Below are positions 1 to 10,003 of a stretch of DNA of 64,000 nucleotides, piece after piece. Source of the DNA: Deltaproteobacteria bacterium. Lineage in GTDB: Bacteria > Desulfobacterota > Desulfobacteria > Desulfobacterales > UBA2156. The notes below the pieces were generated by a model that saw nothing but the letters and a program-made list of their open reading frames with translations, had not been told where the DNA came from and searched no databases. The stretch covers positions 8,294 to 72,293 of the forward strand of contig JAFDGC010000016.1 of assembly GCA_019309485.1 (NCBI GenBank). Reading direction: 5' to 3'. A program made the translations under genes and the position numbers. Every line of letters begins with the position of its first letter. Positions within the stretch are counted from its first letter, which is position 1.

Positions 1-353
1 GCGCCGACGATGGAATGGGTGGTGGAGACGGGGAGTGACTTCCAGGTGGCGAAAGAGACCCATAGGGCGGCGGCCAGGAGGGCGGAAAGGGATCCGATCA
101 GCGCCAGATGCGGGTCGGCGAGGACTTCCGTTGAGACGATCCCCTTTCGGATGGTGTTGGTGACATGGGAACCGATAAACGTGGCCCCCACGAGATTGAG
201 GACGCCGGCGATGATCACGGCTTGACGCAACGTGATGGCCTTGGCGCCCACGGCTGTCGCCATTGAGTTGGCCACGTCATTGGCACCGATGTTCCACGCC
301 ATATAAAAGCCGAAAAGGAATCCAACGATCAAGACGATGAGATCGAACTGCAT
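1..353 (-). CDS. PiT-family inorganic phosphate transporter, N-terminal part (gene continues beyond window start)
   Basis: Not in the ORF track because it is open at the window edge. Own translation of the minus strand from ATG at 353-351 gives MQFDLIVLIVGFLFGFYMAWNIGANDVANSMATAVGAKAITLRQAVIIAGVLNLVGATFIGSHVTNTIRKG... It is hydrophobic and carries the GANDVAN signature of PHO4/PiT transporters. Confidence 0.8.
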   Translation of the reverse strand, partial: MQFDLIVLIVGFLFGFYMAWNIGANDVANSMATAVGAKAITLRQAVIIAGVLNLVGATFIGSHVTNTIRKGIVSTEVLADPHLALIGSLSALLAAALWVSFATWKSLPVSTTHSIVG

Positions 354-425
354 GGGCGTTGAAAAGGCCTCGCTTTTTTCGTGTTTAAAGATCCGGGCCG
401 ACCGTGCCCCCGGGAGTCCTATGCG

Positions 426-2423
426 TTAAAATCGCCGGTTGTGAAACCGGCCCATGCCCAAGCGGCGGGATCCGGTTACCCCCGCACGGGTTCTGGCCAC
501 TTGCTTTTTCAACATCTCTTTCGGGATTTCCCGGAGAAACGGTGACGGTCGATTCAGGACCATGCCGCTGCTCCTGTCAAAAACATCCTGAGGATAGACA
601 AAAAAAAGATTCTCCTTGGCCCGGGTGGCCGCCACGTACATGAGCCTGAGTTCTTCTTCGAAGGCATGGGGCTGTAAAGCGGATTGGTAGGAAGGAAACC
701 GCCCCTCCAGGGCACAAATGATAAAAACAGAATGCCACTCGAGGCCTTTGGCCGAGTGGATTGTTGAAAGGGTGAGGCGTTTATCCCCGGCTTCTGGAAG
801 ATGGAACACGGAACCGGCGCTCGTGTTGGGAGGCTCCAGGGCCATGTCGGATAAAAAGTTTTCCAGCGAAGCGTAACGATCCAAAATGACCAAAACCTGT
901 TCCAATTCTTTGGCCCGCTTGGGATGATCCTCGTAGTTTTCACGCAAAAGGGGAAGGTAATACCGTGCCACGTGTTCGCCCATTTCCACCGGTTTGAGGT
1001 TGTCCGCCTGGAGGCATTTGAAGAGTTCTTGCAGGCTTCGCAGGTTTGTAAAGGAAAAGGCGGATCTTTTAAGGGAGAAAAATCCGGAAAGCCCGGCATC
1101 TTGTGCGACCAGGGCGTCGAAGATCTTTTCTGCGGTTTTGGGACCGACGCGTTCGAGGAGCATGAGGATGCGCAGCCAGCTGAGCCGGTCATAGGGATTG
1201 GTCATCACTTTCAAATGGGCTAAAAAGTCCTTGATGTGGGCCGATTCGGCAAATTGGAACCCCCCGACTTTCACGAAAGGGATGCCCTTTCGCTTCAACT
1301 CGATTTCCAGGTCAAAGGAGTGAAAACTGGATCGGAACAAAATGGCGATCTGATCCAGCGAAACGCCGTCTTGCTGCAAAGCGAAAACCTTTTCCACCAC
1401 GAAACGGGACTGGGTATTTTCATCTTCGGCGCGGATTAAACAGGGAATTTTCCCTTGAGTTTTTCTTGTGAAAAGCCGTTTTGGATAACGTTCTTCGGCC
1501 TTTTCCAGGATGGCGTTGGTGATGGTCAAGATGGGCTGAACACTGCGGTAGTTTTCTTCCAGGCGGATGATGCGGGTATTTCCGAACCGACGGGGAAACT
1601 CCAGGATGTTTTGGATGTCGGCGCCCCGGAAGGCATAAATGCTTTGGGCGTCGTCTCCCACGGCCATGATGTTATGATGCGTTTCTGCCAAAAGATAGAG
1701 GAGTTCGGCCTGGATTCGGTTGGTGTCCTGATATTCGTCCACCATGATATACCGATAAGTGGCCGACACGCGCTCCCGGATATCCTCATGTTCCGACAGC
1801 AAGCGCTTGGCGTAGAGTAAAAGATCGTCGTAATCGAGAAAATGATGTCGGGCTTTATGCCGCGTGTATTCATCGAAGATGGCACGAACATCCTGGGTGA
1901 ACAGGGCCAGGTGCCCGAAATTTTCTTCGATAATTTCTTCGATGGTTCTTTCCTTATTGGCGGCCATGCTGAAAACCTGCGCCAGAGTCCGGGATTTGGG
2001 AAACGCCCGGATTTCCTTGATCCCCCCCAATCCTTTTTTTGCCATGGAAATCAGGTGGTGTGTATCGGCACGATCCAGAATCGAAAAACAAGGCCCCATG
2101 TTTAACTGTTTGGCGTATTTCTTGATAAGCAAGTTGGAAAAGCCGTGAAATGTTCCTCCCGATATTTGGCCGCACCGGTCATCCAAAAGTTTAGAAGCCC
2201 GGTTCAGCATCTCTGCGGCCGCTTTTCGGGTAAACGTCAAAAGCAGAATCGACCGGGGAGAAATTTGTTGTTCCACCAGGTGCGCAACACGATAAGTAAG
2301 GGTCCGCGTCTTTCCGCTTCCCGCCCCGGCGATGACCAACAAAGGTCCTTCCCGGTGTTCTACGGCTTCCCTTTGCCTGTCATTGAGTGCTTTAAGATAG
2401 TCAGTTTGAAATGCATTAACCAT
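426..2423 (-). CDS. UvrD/PcrA/Rep-family ATP-dependent DNA helicase
   Basis: 665-aa ORF with Walker A GAGSGKTRTL, motif II VDEYQDTN, and C-terminal YVAATRAKENL (motif VI-like). Confidence 0.9.
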   Translation of the reverse strand: MVNAFQTDYLKALNDRQREAVEHREGPLLVIAGAGSGKTRTLTYRVAHLVEQQISPRSILLLTFTRKAAAEMLNRASKLLDDRCGQISGGTFHGFSNLLIKKYAKQLNMGPCFSILDRADTHHLISMAKKGLGGIKEIRAFPKSRTLAQVFSMAANKERTIEEIIEENFGHLALFTQDVRAIFDEYTRHKARHHFLDYDDLLLYAKRLLSEHEDIRERVSATYRYIMVDEYQDTNRIQAELLYLLAETHHNIMAVGDDAQSIYAFRGADIQNILEFPRRFGNTRIIRLEENYRSVQPILTITNAILEKAEERYPKRLFTRKTQGKIPCLIRAEDENTQSRFVVEKVFALQQDGVSLDQIAILFRSSFHSFDLEIELKRKGIPFVKVGGFQFAESAHIKDFLAHLKVMTNPYDRLSWLRILMLLERVGPKTAEKIFDALVAQDAGLSGFFSLKRSAFSFTNLRSLQELFKCLQADNLKPVEMGEHVARYYLPLLRENYEDHPKRAKELEQVLVILDRYASLENFLSDMALEPPNTSAGSVFHLPEAGDKRLTLSTIHSAKGLEWHSVFIICALEGRFPSYQSALQPHAFEEELRLMYVAATRAKENLFFVYPQDVFDRSSGMVLNRPSPFLREIPKEMLKKQVARTRAGVTGSRRLGMGRFHNRRF

Positions 2424-2800
2424 TAAAAAAGGCCTTCGCGAATTCTTTTACCGGAATGCTTCACGGAAGCCCCGCCGTTTGAGGCGGGATCAAGGGAAGC
2501 GGTATTATAATGGGCGTTTTTCTTGCCGGGGATCTCTGCTCTTCAGGGCCGATGGGCTCCACACCTTAACTCCAAAACAATTGAGGAATGATACGGTTCC
2601 CTTTTGGAATCGTATGTTTCACAACCCCTTGCGTATGTCAACACCCATTGGCGGCAACGCGTTTCGCAAGACACGCTTTTCAAGAAAAAAAGCTTAAAAA
2701 AAGAAAAGAAAACGGATGAAAAGCATTGACTTTTTAAAAAAGATGGTTTACTGCCTTTCCGGTGGGGTGAACTGTAGAATCTGAAAGGAGGAATAGATTA

Positions 2801-3193
2801 ATGACAAAAAACGAAAAACAACTGAAAACCATCGCAAAACAGCTTCAAACCTTGACACAGAAAGTCGAAAAGCTTGCGGATGCCGCGGCAAAGGAAACGC
2901 CCCAAAAAGCCAAGGCTAAAGCCAAGGCGCTGGTAAAGCCCAAAGCCAAAGCCAAAGCCAAAGTAAAAGGTAAAAAACCCGCAAAAAAAACCGCCCCCAA
3001 GAAAGCAAGTGGAAAACCCACCGTCCTTGACAGCGTGTTGAACCTCGTGAATCGATCCAAAAAAGGGGTGGCCATCGCCAATATCAAGAAGAAAACCAAC
3101 CTTGAAACCCGGCAACTCAGCAACGCCCTTTACAAGCTGACAAAAAAAGGATTGATTAAAACCGAATCGCGAGGGGTCTACACAAAGGCCTGA
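2801..3193 (+). CDS. Small histone-H1-like DNA-binding protein (coiled-coil, K/A/P-rich repeat, C-terminal winged-helix-like domain)
   Basis: 130-aa ORF preceded by the strong SD AGGAGG (2788-2793). Central KAKAKAKALVKPKAKAKAKVKGKKPAKKTAPKK is encoded partly by AAAGCC hexanucleotide repeats. The C-terminal part has a winged-helix-like pattern. Confidence 0.7.
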   Translation: MTKNEKQLKTIAKQLQTLTQKVEKLADAAAKETPQKAKAKAKALVKPKAKAKAKVKGKKPAKKTAPKKASGKPTVLDSVLNLVNRSKKGVAIANIKKKTNLETRQLSNALYKLTKKGLIKTESRGVYTKA

Positions 3194-3241
3194 GAAATAT
3201 CGTTTCGAAAGACAGAAAGCCTCCAATCGGAACCGCCTAAG

Positions 3242-3281
3242 CGCCTGCCGGTACTGTTATCTGGCACAGGATCGGCAGGCG
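3242..3281 (+). terminator. Hairpin downstream of the H1-like gene (9-bp stem CGCCTGCCG/CGGCAGGCG, long loop); possible terminator
   Basis: Perfect 9-bp inverted repeat seen directly, 49 nt after the stop codon. There is no clear U-tract, so the function is uncertain. Confidence 0.3.
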
Positions 3282-3606
3282 AATCGGGTGCGGGTTTCAG
3301 GTTGAGGCTTTTTCTTTTTTAGGAGGCGTTTCTCGTTGCCAGAACCGCATTCCCGCCTTATATTCATCCGAGCGTGACCGTTTACTCCAATGCTGCAAAA
3401 GCCGGAAGGCTTCAGGGCCAAGGCGCAAAGGGTTCGCCGTTGTAGGATGCACAACTGCATTTGGCGCCGCAGATGCGGTAATATCGAAAATCCCGAAGCG
3501 TTTCACATTTTTGAAGCTAAAATTGGCAGAATTCCTTAAAACTATTTCCAATTGAACTATTTCAAAAATATGAAACACTCAGCTTAGGTAGAAGAAAGAC
3601 GTCCCA

Positions 3607-6543
3607 ATGCCTTCAAAAAAGACATCCCGGCGGAAACAGCCGCTAAAGCAAGTTATGTGGCCGCTTTTTTTTCTGATTTTCTTTTTATTGATGGATACCC
3701 ACGGCGTTGCCGCACGGTCCGTTACGGAAGCCCGCAAGGCAAAAACCGCCTCGGCGGGTGACGTCGGTTCCGCAGCCGTTTCCCCTGTGTGGCCGCATGA
3801 ACGCAGCGATCTGGAGCCTGATCCTGCATTGCATTTCGGAAGGCTTCCCAACGGATTCCGCTATGTGCTGATGCAAAACTCGGAGCCGAAAAACCGGGTG
3901 AGCATGCACCTGAACGTTCAAGTGGGATCCGCCCATGAAAAAGAGGAAGAACGCGGTCTGGCCCATTTCCTGGAGCACATGGTCTTCAACGGAAGCACCC
4001 ATTTTGCACCCGGAGAACTCGTCAAGTACTTCCAGAAGATGGGAATGGAGTTCGGCCCCGACGCCAATGCCCATACGAGTTATTTCGAAACCGTCTACGA
4101 TATCCTCCTGCCCGCAGGAGATCTCAAAAGCATCGACGAAGCCCTCATCGTCTTCAAGGATTTTGCTGCGGGTGCCCTCCTGTTGGAATCGGAGATCGAC
4201 CGGGAGCGCGGGGTGGTCCTGGCGGAAAAGCGGGAGCGGGACTCCGCTTCCTATCGGACGTATGTGGCGGTGTCGAAATTCGAGTTTCCGGATTCGATTC
4301 TTTCCAAAAGATTTCCCATCGGAACGGAAAACGTACTCCGGAATGTGAACCGGGATCAAGTGAAACGATTTTATGACCGCTGGTACCGCCCGGATAAAAT
4401 GATCCTGGTAATGGTGGGGGACTTTGATGTCCAGGCCGCCGCCCCCATGATCGGGGATCGGTTTGCGGATCTTTCGGCTCGAGACGGAAAACCGGAAGAC
4501 CCGGACATCGGCCCGATCCGTCACAAAGGAATTTCCCCATTTTATCATTTTGAAAAGGAAGCGGGAAATACGCAGGTCTCCGTAGAGGTCATGAAAACCG
4601 TCCCCGAGCGCCCGGACACGAAAGCATTCCGGTTGGCGCTCTGGAAACAGGAGGTGGCCCATCGGATCATCCGGGAACGCCTGGAGGCGGCACTGTCCGC
4701 ACCCCACCCGCCTTTTTCTTCCGCCGGCATTGACGGGGGATTCTTTTTGCGAAAAATCGAATATGCCCAGATTTATGCCGAATGCAGTCCGGACCAGTGG
4801 GACCGGGCCCTGGTTTTTCTTGAAAAGACCCTCCGGCAGGCCCTCGAGTTCGGGTTTACCGAATCCGAACTCGTGCGGGTCAAAAAAGAGATTGCCGCCG
4901 AAATGGACAAGGCCGTGAGCGGGGCGTCCACCCGCAACAGCCGTTATCTGGCCAGGAAGCTCATTGCACACCTCAACAGCGGACGGGTTTTCCTTTCCCC
5001 GATGCAGGAGAAAACCCTGTTAGGTGATGCCATCGCCGCCTTTACACCGGACACGGTGCACCATGCCTTTCAAAGGGAGTGGGCGCCTGATCACCGGTTG
5101 ATCCTAATCACCGGGAACGCGGATTTGACCGGATCCCCCGATGGTCCCGAGGACCGGATCCGACGCGCATTCGAAGCGGGTCAAAAGGAACCCGCAACCC
5201 CGCCGATTTCCCGAAAAGGGGTGGAATTCCCATATCTGCCGGCGCCCGAATTTCCGGGGAAAATCCTCCGGCGAAAAGAGATTCCGGATCTTGGCATCGT
5301 CCAGGTGGATTTTGAAAACGGGGTCCGGCTGAACCTGAAAAAAACCGATTACGAAGCCAATACGGTGCGGGCCAACTTGATTTTCGGATTCGGACGGTCC
5401 GACGAGCCGGCGGGCTTCCCCGGGATCGGAATCCTGGCGGAGGCCGTGGTCAATGAAAGCGGGGTGGGCGGGCTCAACCGCCATGAGCTGGAGCAGGCTC
5501 TGGCCGGAAGCAACACGCAGGTCGGTTTCCGGGTGGCCGAGGATCATTTCGCTTTCAAGGGTACGAGCGTCACGGACGAGATTCCCCTGTTGTTTCAATT
5601 GGTGGGGACCCGCCTTTTGGACCCGGCCTATCGCGAAGAAGCGTATCGCCTGGCCATGAAACGGTTCCAGCAGCGCTACGCGGCGGCGGACCATTCCGTG
5701 GAAGACACCCTGCGGTTTTACGGGGTCAATTTTCTCGCCGGCGGAGACGGGCGTTTCGGGTATCCTTCCTGGGAACGGTTTTCCCAAATCCCCCTTGAAG
5801 AAGTGCGGGGATGGCTTTCGGAAAACTTTGAACACGCCCGGCTCGAATTGTCCGTGGTGGGGGATATCCCTGTGGAGGAGGTGATTTCCCTGGCTTCCCG
5901 GTATTTCGGGAGCCTGGAAAAACGATCCGGCGTTGAACGGACCCGGCCCGTTTCCCAAGTCCGGTTCCCGGAGGGACAGACCCGGGTTTTCCCCGTGGAC
6001 ACCCGGATTCCCAAGGCCCTTTTAGTGGCGGCGTATCCCACGGAAGACATCTGGCACATCGGACGCACCCGGCGCCTGAACATATTGGCCCAGGTCCTTT
6101 CCGAGAGATTACGGGTGACCATCCGGGAAACGAAGGGGGCGGCCTACTCTCCCACGGCCTTTCATCGGCCCAGCCGGACCTATGCGGATTACGGGATGCT
6201 GTGGGCTATGGCCTATGCTGAACCGGATGAGATCCGCACCTTGGCGTCGGAAATCGAATCCACCGCCGCGGCGCTTGGGCGGACGGAGATCTCCGCCGGG
6301 GAACTCCAGCGGGCCAAAGAACCGATCCTCACCGGCATCAAGGATACCATGCGCAGAAACGGCTACTGGCTGGATACCGTCCTCACGGGAAGCCGGGATC
6401 ACCCCGAGCAGTTGGAATGGAGCAAAACGATCCTTTCCGATTACGCCGCTGTCACGCCGGAGGAGATCCGGGCGCTGGCCGACACGTATCTTAAAAAAAA
6501 CCGGTCCGCCGTCATCATTTTCCAGCCCGGGGCGCACCCCTGA
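3607..6543 (+). CDS. M16-family (pitrilysin/insulinase-like) zinc peptidase, double-length, exported
   Basis: 978-aa ORF with an N-terminal hydrophobic signal-like segment and the inverted zinc motif HxxEH (GLAHFLEHMVFNGS). Its length is consistent with two tandem M16 modules. Confidence 0.9.
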   Translation: MPSKKTSRRKQPLKQVMWPLFFLIFFLLMDTHGVAARSVTEARKAKTASAGDVGSAAVSPVWPHERSDLEPDPALHFGRLPNGFRYVLMQNSEPKNRVSMHLNVQVGSAHEKEEERGLAHFLEHMVFNGSTHFAPGELVKYFQKMGMEFGPDANAHTSYFETVYDILLPAGDLKSIDEALIVFKDFAAGALLLESEIDRERGVVLAEKRERDSASYRTYVAVSKFEFPDSILSKRFPIGTENVLRNVNRDQVKRFYDRWYRPDKMILVMVGDFDVQAAAPMIGDRFADLSARDGKPEDPDIGPIRHKGISPFYHFEKEAGNTQVSVEVMKTVPERPDTKAFRLALWKQEVAHRIIRERLEAALSAPHPPFSSAGIDGGFFLRKIEYAQIYAECSPDQWDRALVFLEKTLRQALEFGFTESELVRVKKEIAAEMDKAVSGASTRNSRYLARKLIAHLNSGRVFLSPMQEKTLLGDAIAAFTPDTVHHAFQREWAPDHRLILITGNADLTGSPDGPEDRIRRAFEAGQKEPATPPISRKGVEFPYLPAPEFPGKILRRKEIPDLGIVQVDFENGVRLNLKKTDYEANTVRANLIFGFGRSDEPAGFPGIGILAEAVVNESGVGGLNRHELEQALAGSNTQVGFRVAEDHFAFKGTSVTDEIPLLFQLVGTRLLDPAYREEAYRLAMKRFQQRYAAADHSVEDTLRFYGVNFLAGGDGRFGYPSWERFSQIPLEEVRGWLSENFEHARLELSVVGDIPVEEVISLASRYFGSLEKRSGVERTRPVSQVRFPEGQTRVFPVDTRIPKALLVAAYPTEDIWHIGRTRRLNILAQVLSERLRVTIRETKGAAYSPTAFHRPSRTYADYGMLWAMAYAEPDEIRTLASEIESTAAALGRTEISAGELQRAKEPILTGIKDTMRRNGYWLDTVLTGSRDHPEQLEWSKTILSDYAAVTPEEIRALADTYLKKNRSAVIIFQPGAHP

Positions 6544-6630
6544 TTTGTTTTTGATCTGAAAGATAGGATTTATCTTCTTGATTTATCCGGCGCCCTTTTG
6601 TTAAAAGCTTTCATTTTTTTGGAATTTCAA

Positions 6631-7992
6631 ATGAAGCCAAGCGATCCGAATACACCCGCGGCCAAAATCTGGGATTTTTTTGCCTCCGTTCGTCTCACGG
6701 TGGTTCTCCTGCTCATTCTGGCGGCTACCTCCACCATCGGCACCCTGGTTCCCCAAAACGCCAGTCCATCAGATTATTTCAACACCTATGGCCCCTTTCT
6801 TTACCGGCTCTTCGCCATCCTGGACATCTTCGACATGTACCATTCGTGGTGGTTCCAGTTCCTGCTGCTGCTGTTGACCCTCAATATCATTGTTTGTTCT
6901 TTGAATCGGCTCTCGGGGACCTGGAAGATCGTTTTCCGGAAAAATCCAGGATTTGTCTTGGAACGGTTCCGGAAAATTCCGAACAAACCCGTTTTTAACG
7001 ATTCCAGGCCCCTGGAGACATTGAAACCGCTTTTCGTTTCGAGGATCAAACGGCGGTTCGGGACCGTTCTGATGGAAGATACGGAAAAAGGCTTTTGTGT
7101 TTTTGCCGAAAAGGGGCGATGGACCAGGCTGGGCGTTTATACGGTGCACTTGAGCGTAATTTTGCTTTTGATCGGCGCGCTGGTGGGCTCTTTTTTCGGG
7201 TTCGAAGGGTTTGTCACCATTCCCGAGGGCCAGGCCAAAAGCCGCATCCGCCTGCGAAAGACGGGTGTTGTCCTGCCTCTGGATTTCGCCATCCGCTGCG
7301 ATGCGTTCCACGTGAGTTTTTACGAATCCGGGACGCCCAAGGAGTTTCGATCCGACCTGACCATCGTGGAAAACGGCAACCCCGTGGCAAAAAAGAGCAT
7401 CCGGGTCAATGACCCCATGCATTACAAGGGGATCAGTATTTTTCAGTCGAGTTACGGAAAGCTTCCTCCGGATACCGTCACTTTGAAAATGGAAAGTGAA
7501 GAAACAAAGCTGGAATACCGGAAAAAGGCCTCCGCCGGGCAAAAGATCGATCTTCCCGAAGGGGCCGGATCCTTCATTTACCGGGATTTCAAGAGCCGAT
7601 ATTTCTTCAGGGGCCGGGATTTGGGGGAGACGGTTTTTGGAACCCTGATTCCGCCGGGCGGCACCCCAAAGAAGATCGTTCTGCCTTTACGGTTCCCCGG
7701 GTTCGATCGGATGCGCAAGGACACGATGGTTTTTTCCGTTGAGACCGTCGAACCCCGGTACTATACCGGTCTTCAGGTCTCCAAGGATCCGGGGGTATGG
7801 GTGGTCTATTCCGGGTTCATGATCATGATTGTCGGATGCTATATTACTTTTTTCATGTCCCACAAACGGCTTTGTGTGGAGGTGATGCAAAAAGGAAACG
7901 GGAACCAGGTGCATGTGACGGGAACGGCCAATAAAAACAAAATGTCCATGGACGCCGTTGTCGATAAGATGGCCAGGGAATTGGCCGGGTAA
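6631..7992 (+). CDS. resB: Cytochrome c biogenesis protein ResB/Ccs1 (system II)
   Basis: N-terminus WDFFASVRLTVVLLLILAATSTIGTLVPQ is typical of ResB, followed by a large soluble loop and a C-terminal TM. It sits immediately upstream of ccsA. The ORF track starts at TTG 6598; I prefer the in-frame ATG at 6631. Confidence 0.85.
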   Translation: MKPSDPNTPAAKIWDFFASVRLTVVLLLILAATSTIGTLVPQNASPSDYFNTYGPFLYRLFAILDIFDMYHSWWFQFLLLLLTLNIIVCSLNRLSGTWKIVFRKNPGFVLERFRKIPNKPVFNDSRPLETLKPLFVSRIKRRFGTVLMEDTEKGFCVFAEKGRWTRLGVYTVHLSVILLLIGALVGSFFGFEGFVTIPEGQAKSRIRLRKTGVVLPLDFAIRCDAFHVSFYESGTPKEFRSDLTIVENGNPVAKKSIRVNDPMHYKGISIFQSSYGKLPPDTVTLKMESEETKLEYRKKASAGQKIDLPEGAGSFIYRDFKSRYFFRGRDLGETVFGTLIPPGGTPKKIVLPLRFPGFDRMRKDTMVFSVETVEPRYYTGLQVSKDPGVWVVYSGFMIMIVGCYITFFMSHKRLCVEVMQKGNGNQVHVTGTANKNKMSMDAVVDKMARELAG

Positions 7993-8024
7993 CCCCGAAA
8001 AATGCCGGAAAAAAGGAAGATTCC

Positions 8025-8861
8025 ATGACCAGTTCATTCATATTGTCTGTGATCACCTTTGTCTTGGGCCTGTCGGCGACGCTTTACATCGCCGCCTGGG
8101 TTTTTAAAAAGGCATCCGTCGGAAAAGCCGCCACCTGGATCGCATTCGCGGGTGTTGTTGGGCAAACCGCGGGCATCCTGCTGCGCTGGATGGAATCGTA
8201 TCAACTCGGCATCGGTCATGCCCCCTTATCGAACCTCTACGAATCTCTTGTTTTTTTCTCGTGGACCTTGATGGTCATTTATCTGGTGGTGGAACGGGCG
8301 TATGGAAACCGGGTGATCGGGGCCTTTGTGGCACCCATCGCCTTTCTGGCCATGGCCTATGCGTCCCTGTCCCCCAACATCAATGACCGGATCCAGCCCC
8401 TGGTGCCGGCGCTGAAAAGCAACTGGCTCATCGCCCACGTCATCACCTGCTTCATCGGTTATGCCGCCTTTGCCATCGCCTTCGGGATCAGCCTCATGTA
8501 CCTGATAAAACAAAAGGAAGGCCGGCAACAGGGCCGGTTGCTTTCATTGTTTCCGGAGAATCGGTTGTTGGAGAACCTGAATCATCAGATGGTAACGTTC
8601 GGATTCCTGTTTTTGTCTGCGGGGATCATCACGGGCTCCGTATGGGCCAATTCCGCATGGGGAAGCTACTGGTCATGGGACCCCAAGGAGACGTGGTCTT
8701 TGATCACGTGGCTCGTCTATGCCATCCTTTTGCATGCCCGGCTCATGCGGGGATGGCACGGAAAACGATTGGCCTATATTTCCATCATCGGATTCGGCGC
8801 CGTCCTTTTTACCTATTTCGGCGTCAATTTATTGCCCGGTCTGCACAGTTACGCCCAGTGA
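8025..8861 (+). CDS. ccsA: Cytochrome c biogenesis protein CcsA/ResC (system II heme handling)
   Basis: 278-aa polytopic ORF with the tryptophan-rich WWD-type motif WGSYWSWDPKETWSLITW. Confidence 0.9.
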   Translation: MTSSFILSVITFVLGLSATLYIAAWVFKKASVGKAATWIAFAGVVGQTAGILLRWMESYQLGIGHAPLSNLYESLVFFSWTLMVIYLVVERAYGNRVIGAFVAPIAFLAMAYASLSPNINDRIQPLVPALKSNWLIAHVITCFIGYAAFAIAFGISLMYLIKQKEGRQQGRLLSLFPENRLLENLNHQMVTFGFLFLSAGIITGSVWANSAWGSYWSWDPKETWSLITWLVYAILLHARLMRGWHGKRLAYISIIGFGAVLFTYFGVNLLPGLHSYAQ

Positions 8862-9162
8862 TTTCCCATTTGATTTTGCCTTGACAAAAAAAGTCCCAAA
8901 GGGTAAAAGAGCCCGATTTTAATTTTCACCGAAATCGATCGATGGCAAATATAGCCTGATGGGACAACTGAGATTCCCCGCCGCAAGCCCGGGGATTGTT
9001 CTGCCTTACGGCGGTGTGCCGCAGGGACCGTAAGGAAAAATATCCATTTTCAGATGCGCCCGCTGATTTTTTTGCCCTGAGCGGCGGGTTCGGCGTTTTG
9101 CTCCGGCAAACAGCGGGGAATGCGCTCGCAATGCGGTTCAATTTTGTAAAGACGGGGTGGAT

Positions 9163-9945
9163 ATGAGCACCAACGATGACAAGGCAAAGGCGGATGCACT
9201 GACAGACACGGGGAAGCAGCCGGAACAGGACAAACCCGAAAAAGGGAATGGAGCCAGCGGATCCATTCTCTTTTTCTTTTTGGTGGGACTCATTGCGAGC
9301 CTCCTGGTGGGATGGGTCGTCTTCCCCGAGCTTTTGTATTCCAAGAAAAAGCAGCCCATCGACTTCAATCACGCCCTTCATGTGGACATGGTGGACGAGG
9401 GGTGTGAAAGCTGTCATTTTTTCCGGGAGGACGGGAGCTTTTCGGGGGTTCCGGAGTTGGCGCAATGCATCGAATGCCACGAAGAAGCCCAAACCGATCA
9501 CCCGGAGGAAATCAAGTTCGTTACCCAATACGTGGAGAAGTACCGGGAAGTCCCTTGGCTGGTCTATTCCCGGCAGCCCAATTGCGTCTTCTTTTCCCAT
9601 GCCGCACACGTCCGGTTGGCAGAGATGGATTGCGTGACCTGTCACGGCCCCATCGGCGAATCCACCCATTCCAGGATCTATGAAGAAAACCGTATCACCG
9701 GCCTCAGCCGGGATATTTGGGGCCGCAACATCGCCGGAATCAAGAGGAACTCCTGGGACCGCATGAAGATGGACGACTGCGCCGAGTGCCATGCCGAGGC
9801 GGCGACAAAGACCGCTTCCGAAGGGGAGGCGCCCATCGAAGGGTTTTTCAACAATATTATCCGCATCGCCTTCCCGGGATCCCTGTCCGGACGAAAGAGC
9901 AGCGTCCAGACGCAAAATGAGGCCTGTTTCGTGTGCCATAAATGA
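9163..9945 (+). CDS. qrcA: Membrane-anchored multiheme cytochrome c, QrcA-like (five CxxCH motifs)
   Basis: Heme motifs CESCH, CIECH, CVTCH, CAECH and CFVCH, plus one N-terminal TM (ILFFFLVGLIASLLVGWVVF). First gene of a cytochrome / molybdopterin-like / FeS / NrfD-like set. ATG 9163 is preferred over GTG 9157. Confidence 0.75.
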   Translation: MSTNDDKAKADALTDTGKQPEQDKPEKGNGASGSILFFFLVGLIASLLVGWVVFPELLYSKKKQPIDFNHALHVDMVDEGCESCHFFREDGSFSGVPELAQCIECHEEAQTDHPEEIKFVTQYVEKYREVPWLVYSRQPNCVFFSHAAHVRLAEMDCVTCHGPIGESTHSRIYEENRITGLSRDIWGRNIAGIKRNSWDRMKMDDCAECHAEAATKTASEGEAPIEGFFNNIIRIAFPGSLSGRKSSVQTQNEACFVCHK

Positions 9946-10003
9946 AAGACAAGGGAAAAACGATGAAGCGGATCCCAACCCACGGTTTGACGAGGTAGCA
10001 CTG

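Noticed and set aside
3262-3277. A sigma54-like element TGGCAC-N5-CGGCA.
   Set aside because: It lies inside the hairpin after the H1-like gene, about 330 nt from the next downstream start. The -12 element deviates from TTGCW. No enhancer-binding protein context is evident.
3297-3578. A 93-codon minus-strand ORF in the 410-bp gap between the H1-like gene and the peptidase gene.
   Set aside because: It has a GTG start without an SD and no family I can recognise. It could be a remnant of something (weak resemblance to transposase-associated HTH tails), but I cannot support a call.
3571-3590. A 20-nt motif TGAAACRCTCAGCTTAGGWA is shared between 3571-3590 (just upstream of the M16 peptidase gene) and 18621-18640 (just after comEC).
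   Set aside because: A rough expectation for an 18-of-20 match somewhere between two strands of a 64 kb window is several by chance. No third copy was seen and it resembles no known promoter or RNA motif.
9791-10003. The upstream extension of the qrcB ORF. Similar extended track starts are 26561 for the CYTH gene, 44386 for the kinase, 49461 for SPS, 52596 for the lipoprotein and 25275 for pepA.
   Set aside because: The extensions overlap the preceding genes and lack family similarity. Internal starts coincide with a Tat signal, SD sequences or lipoboxes.
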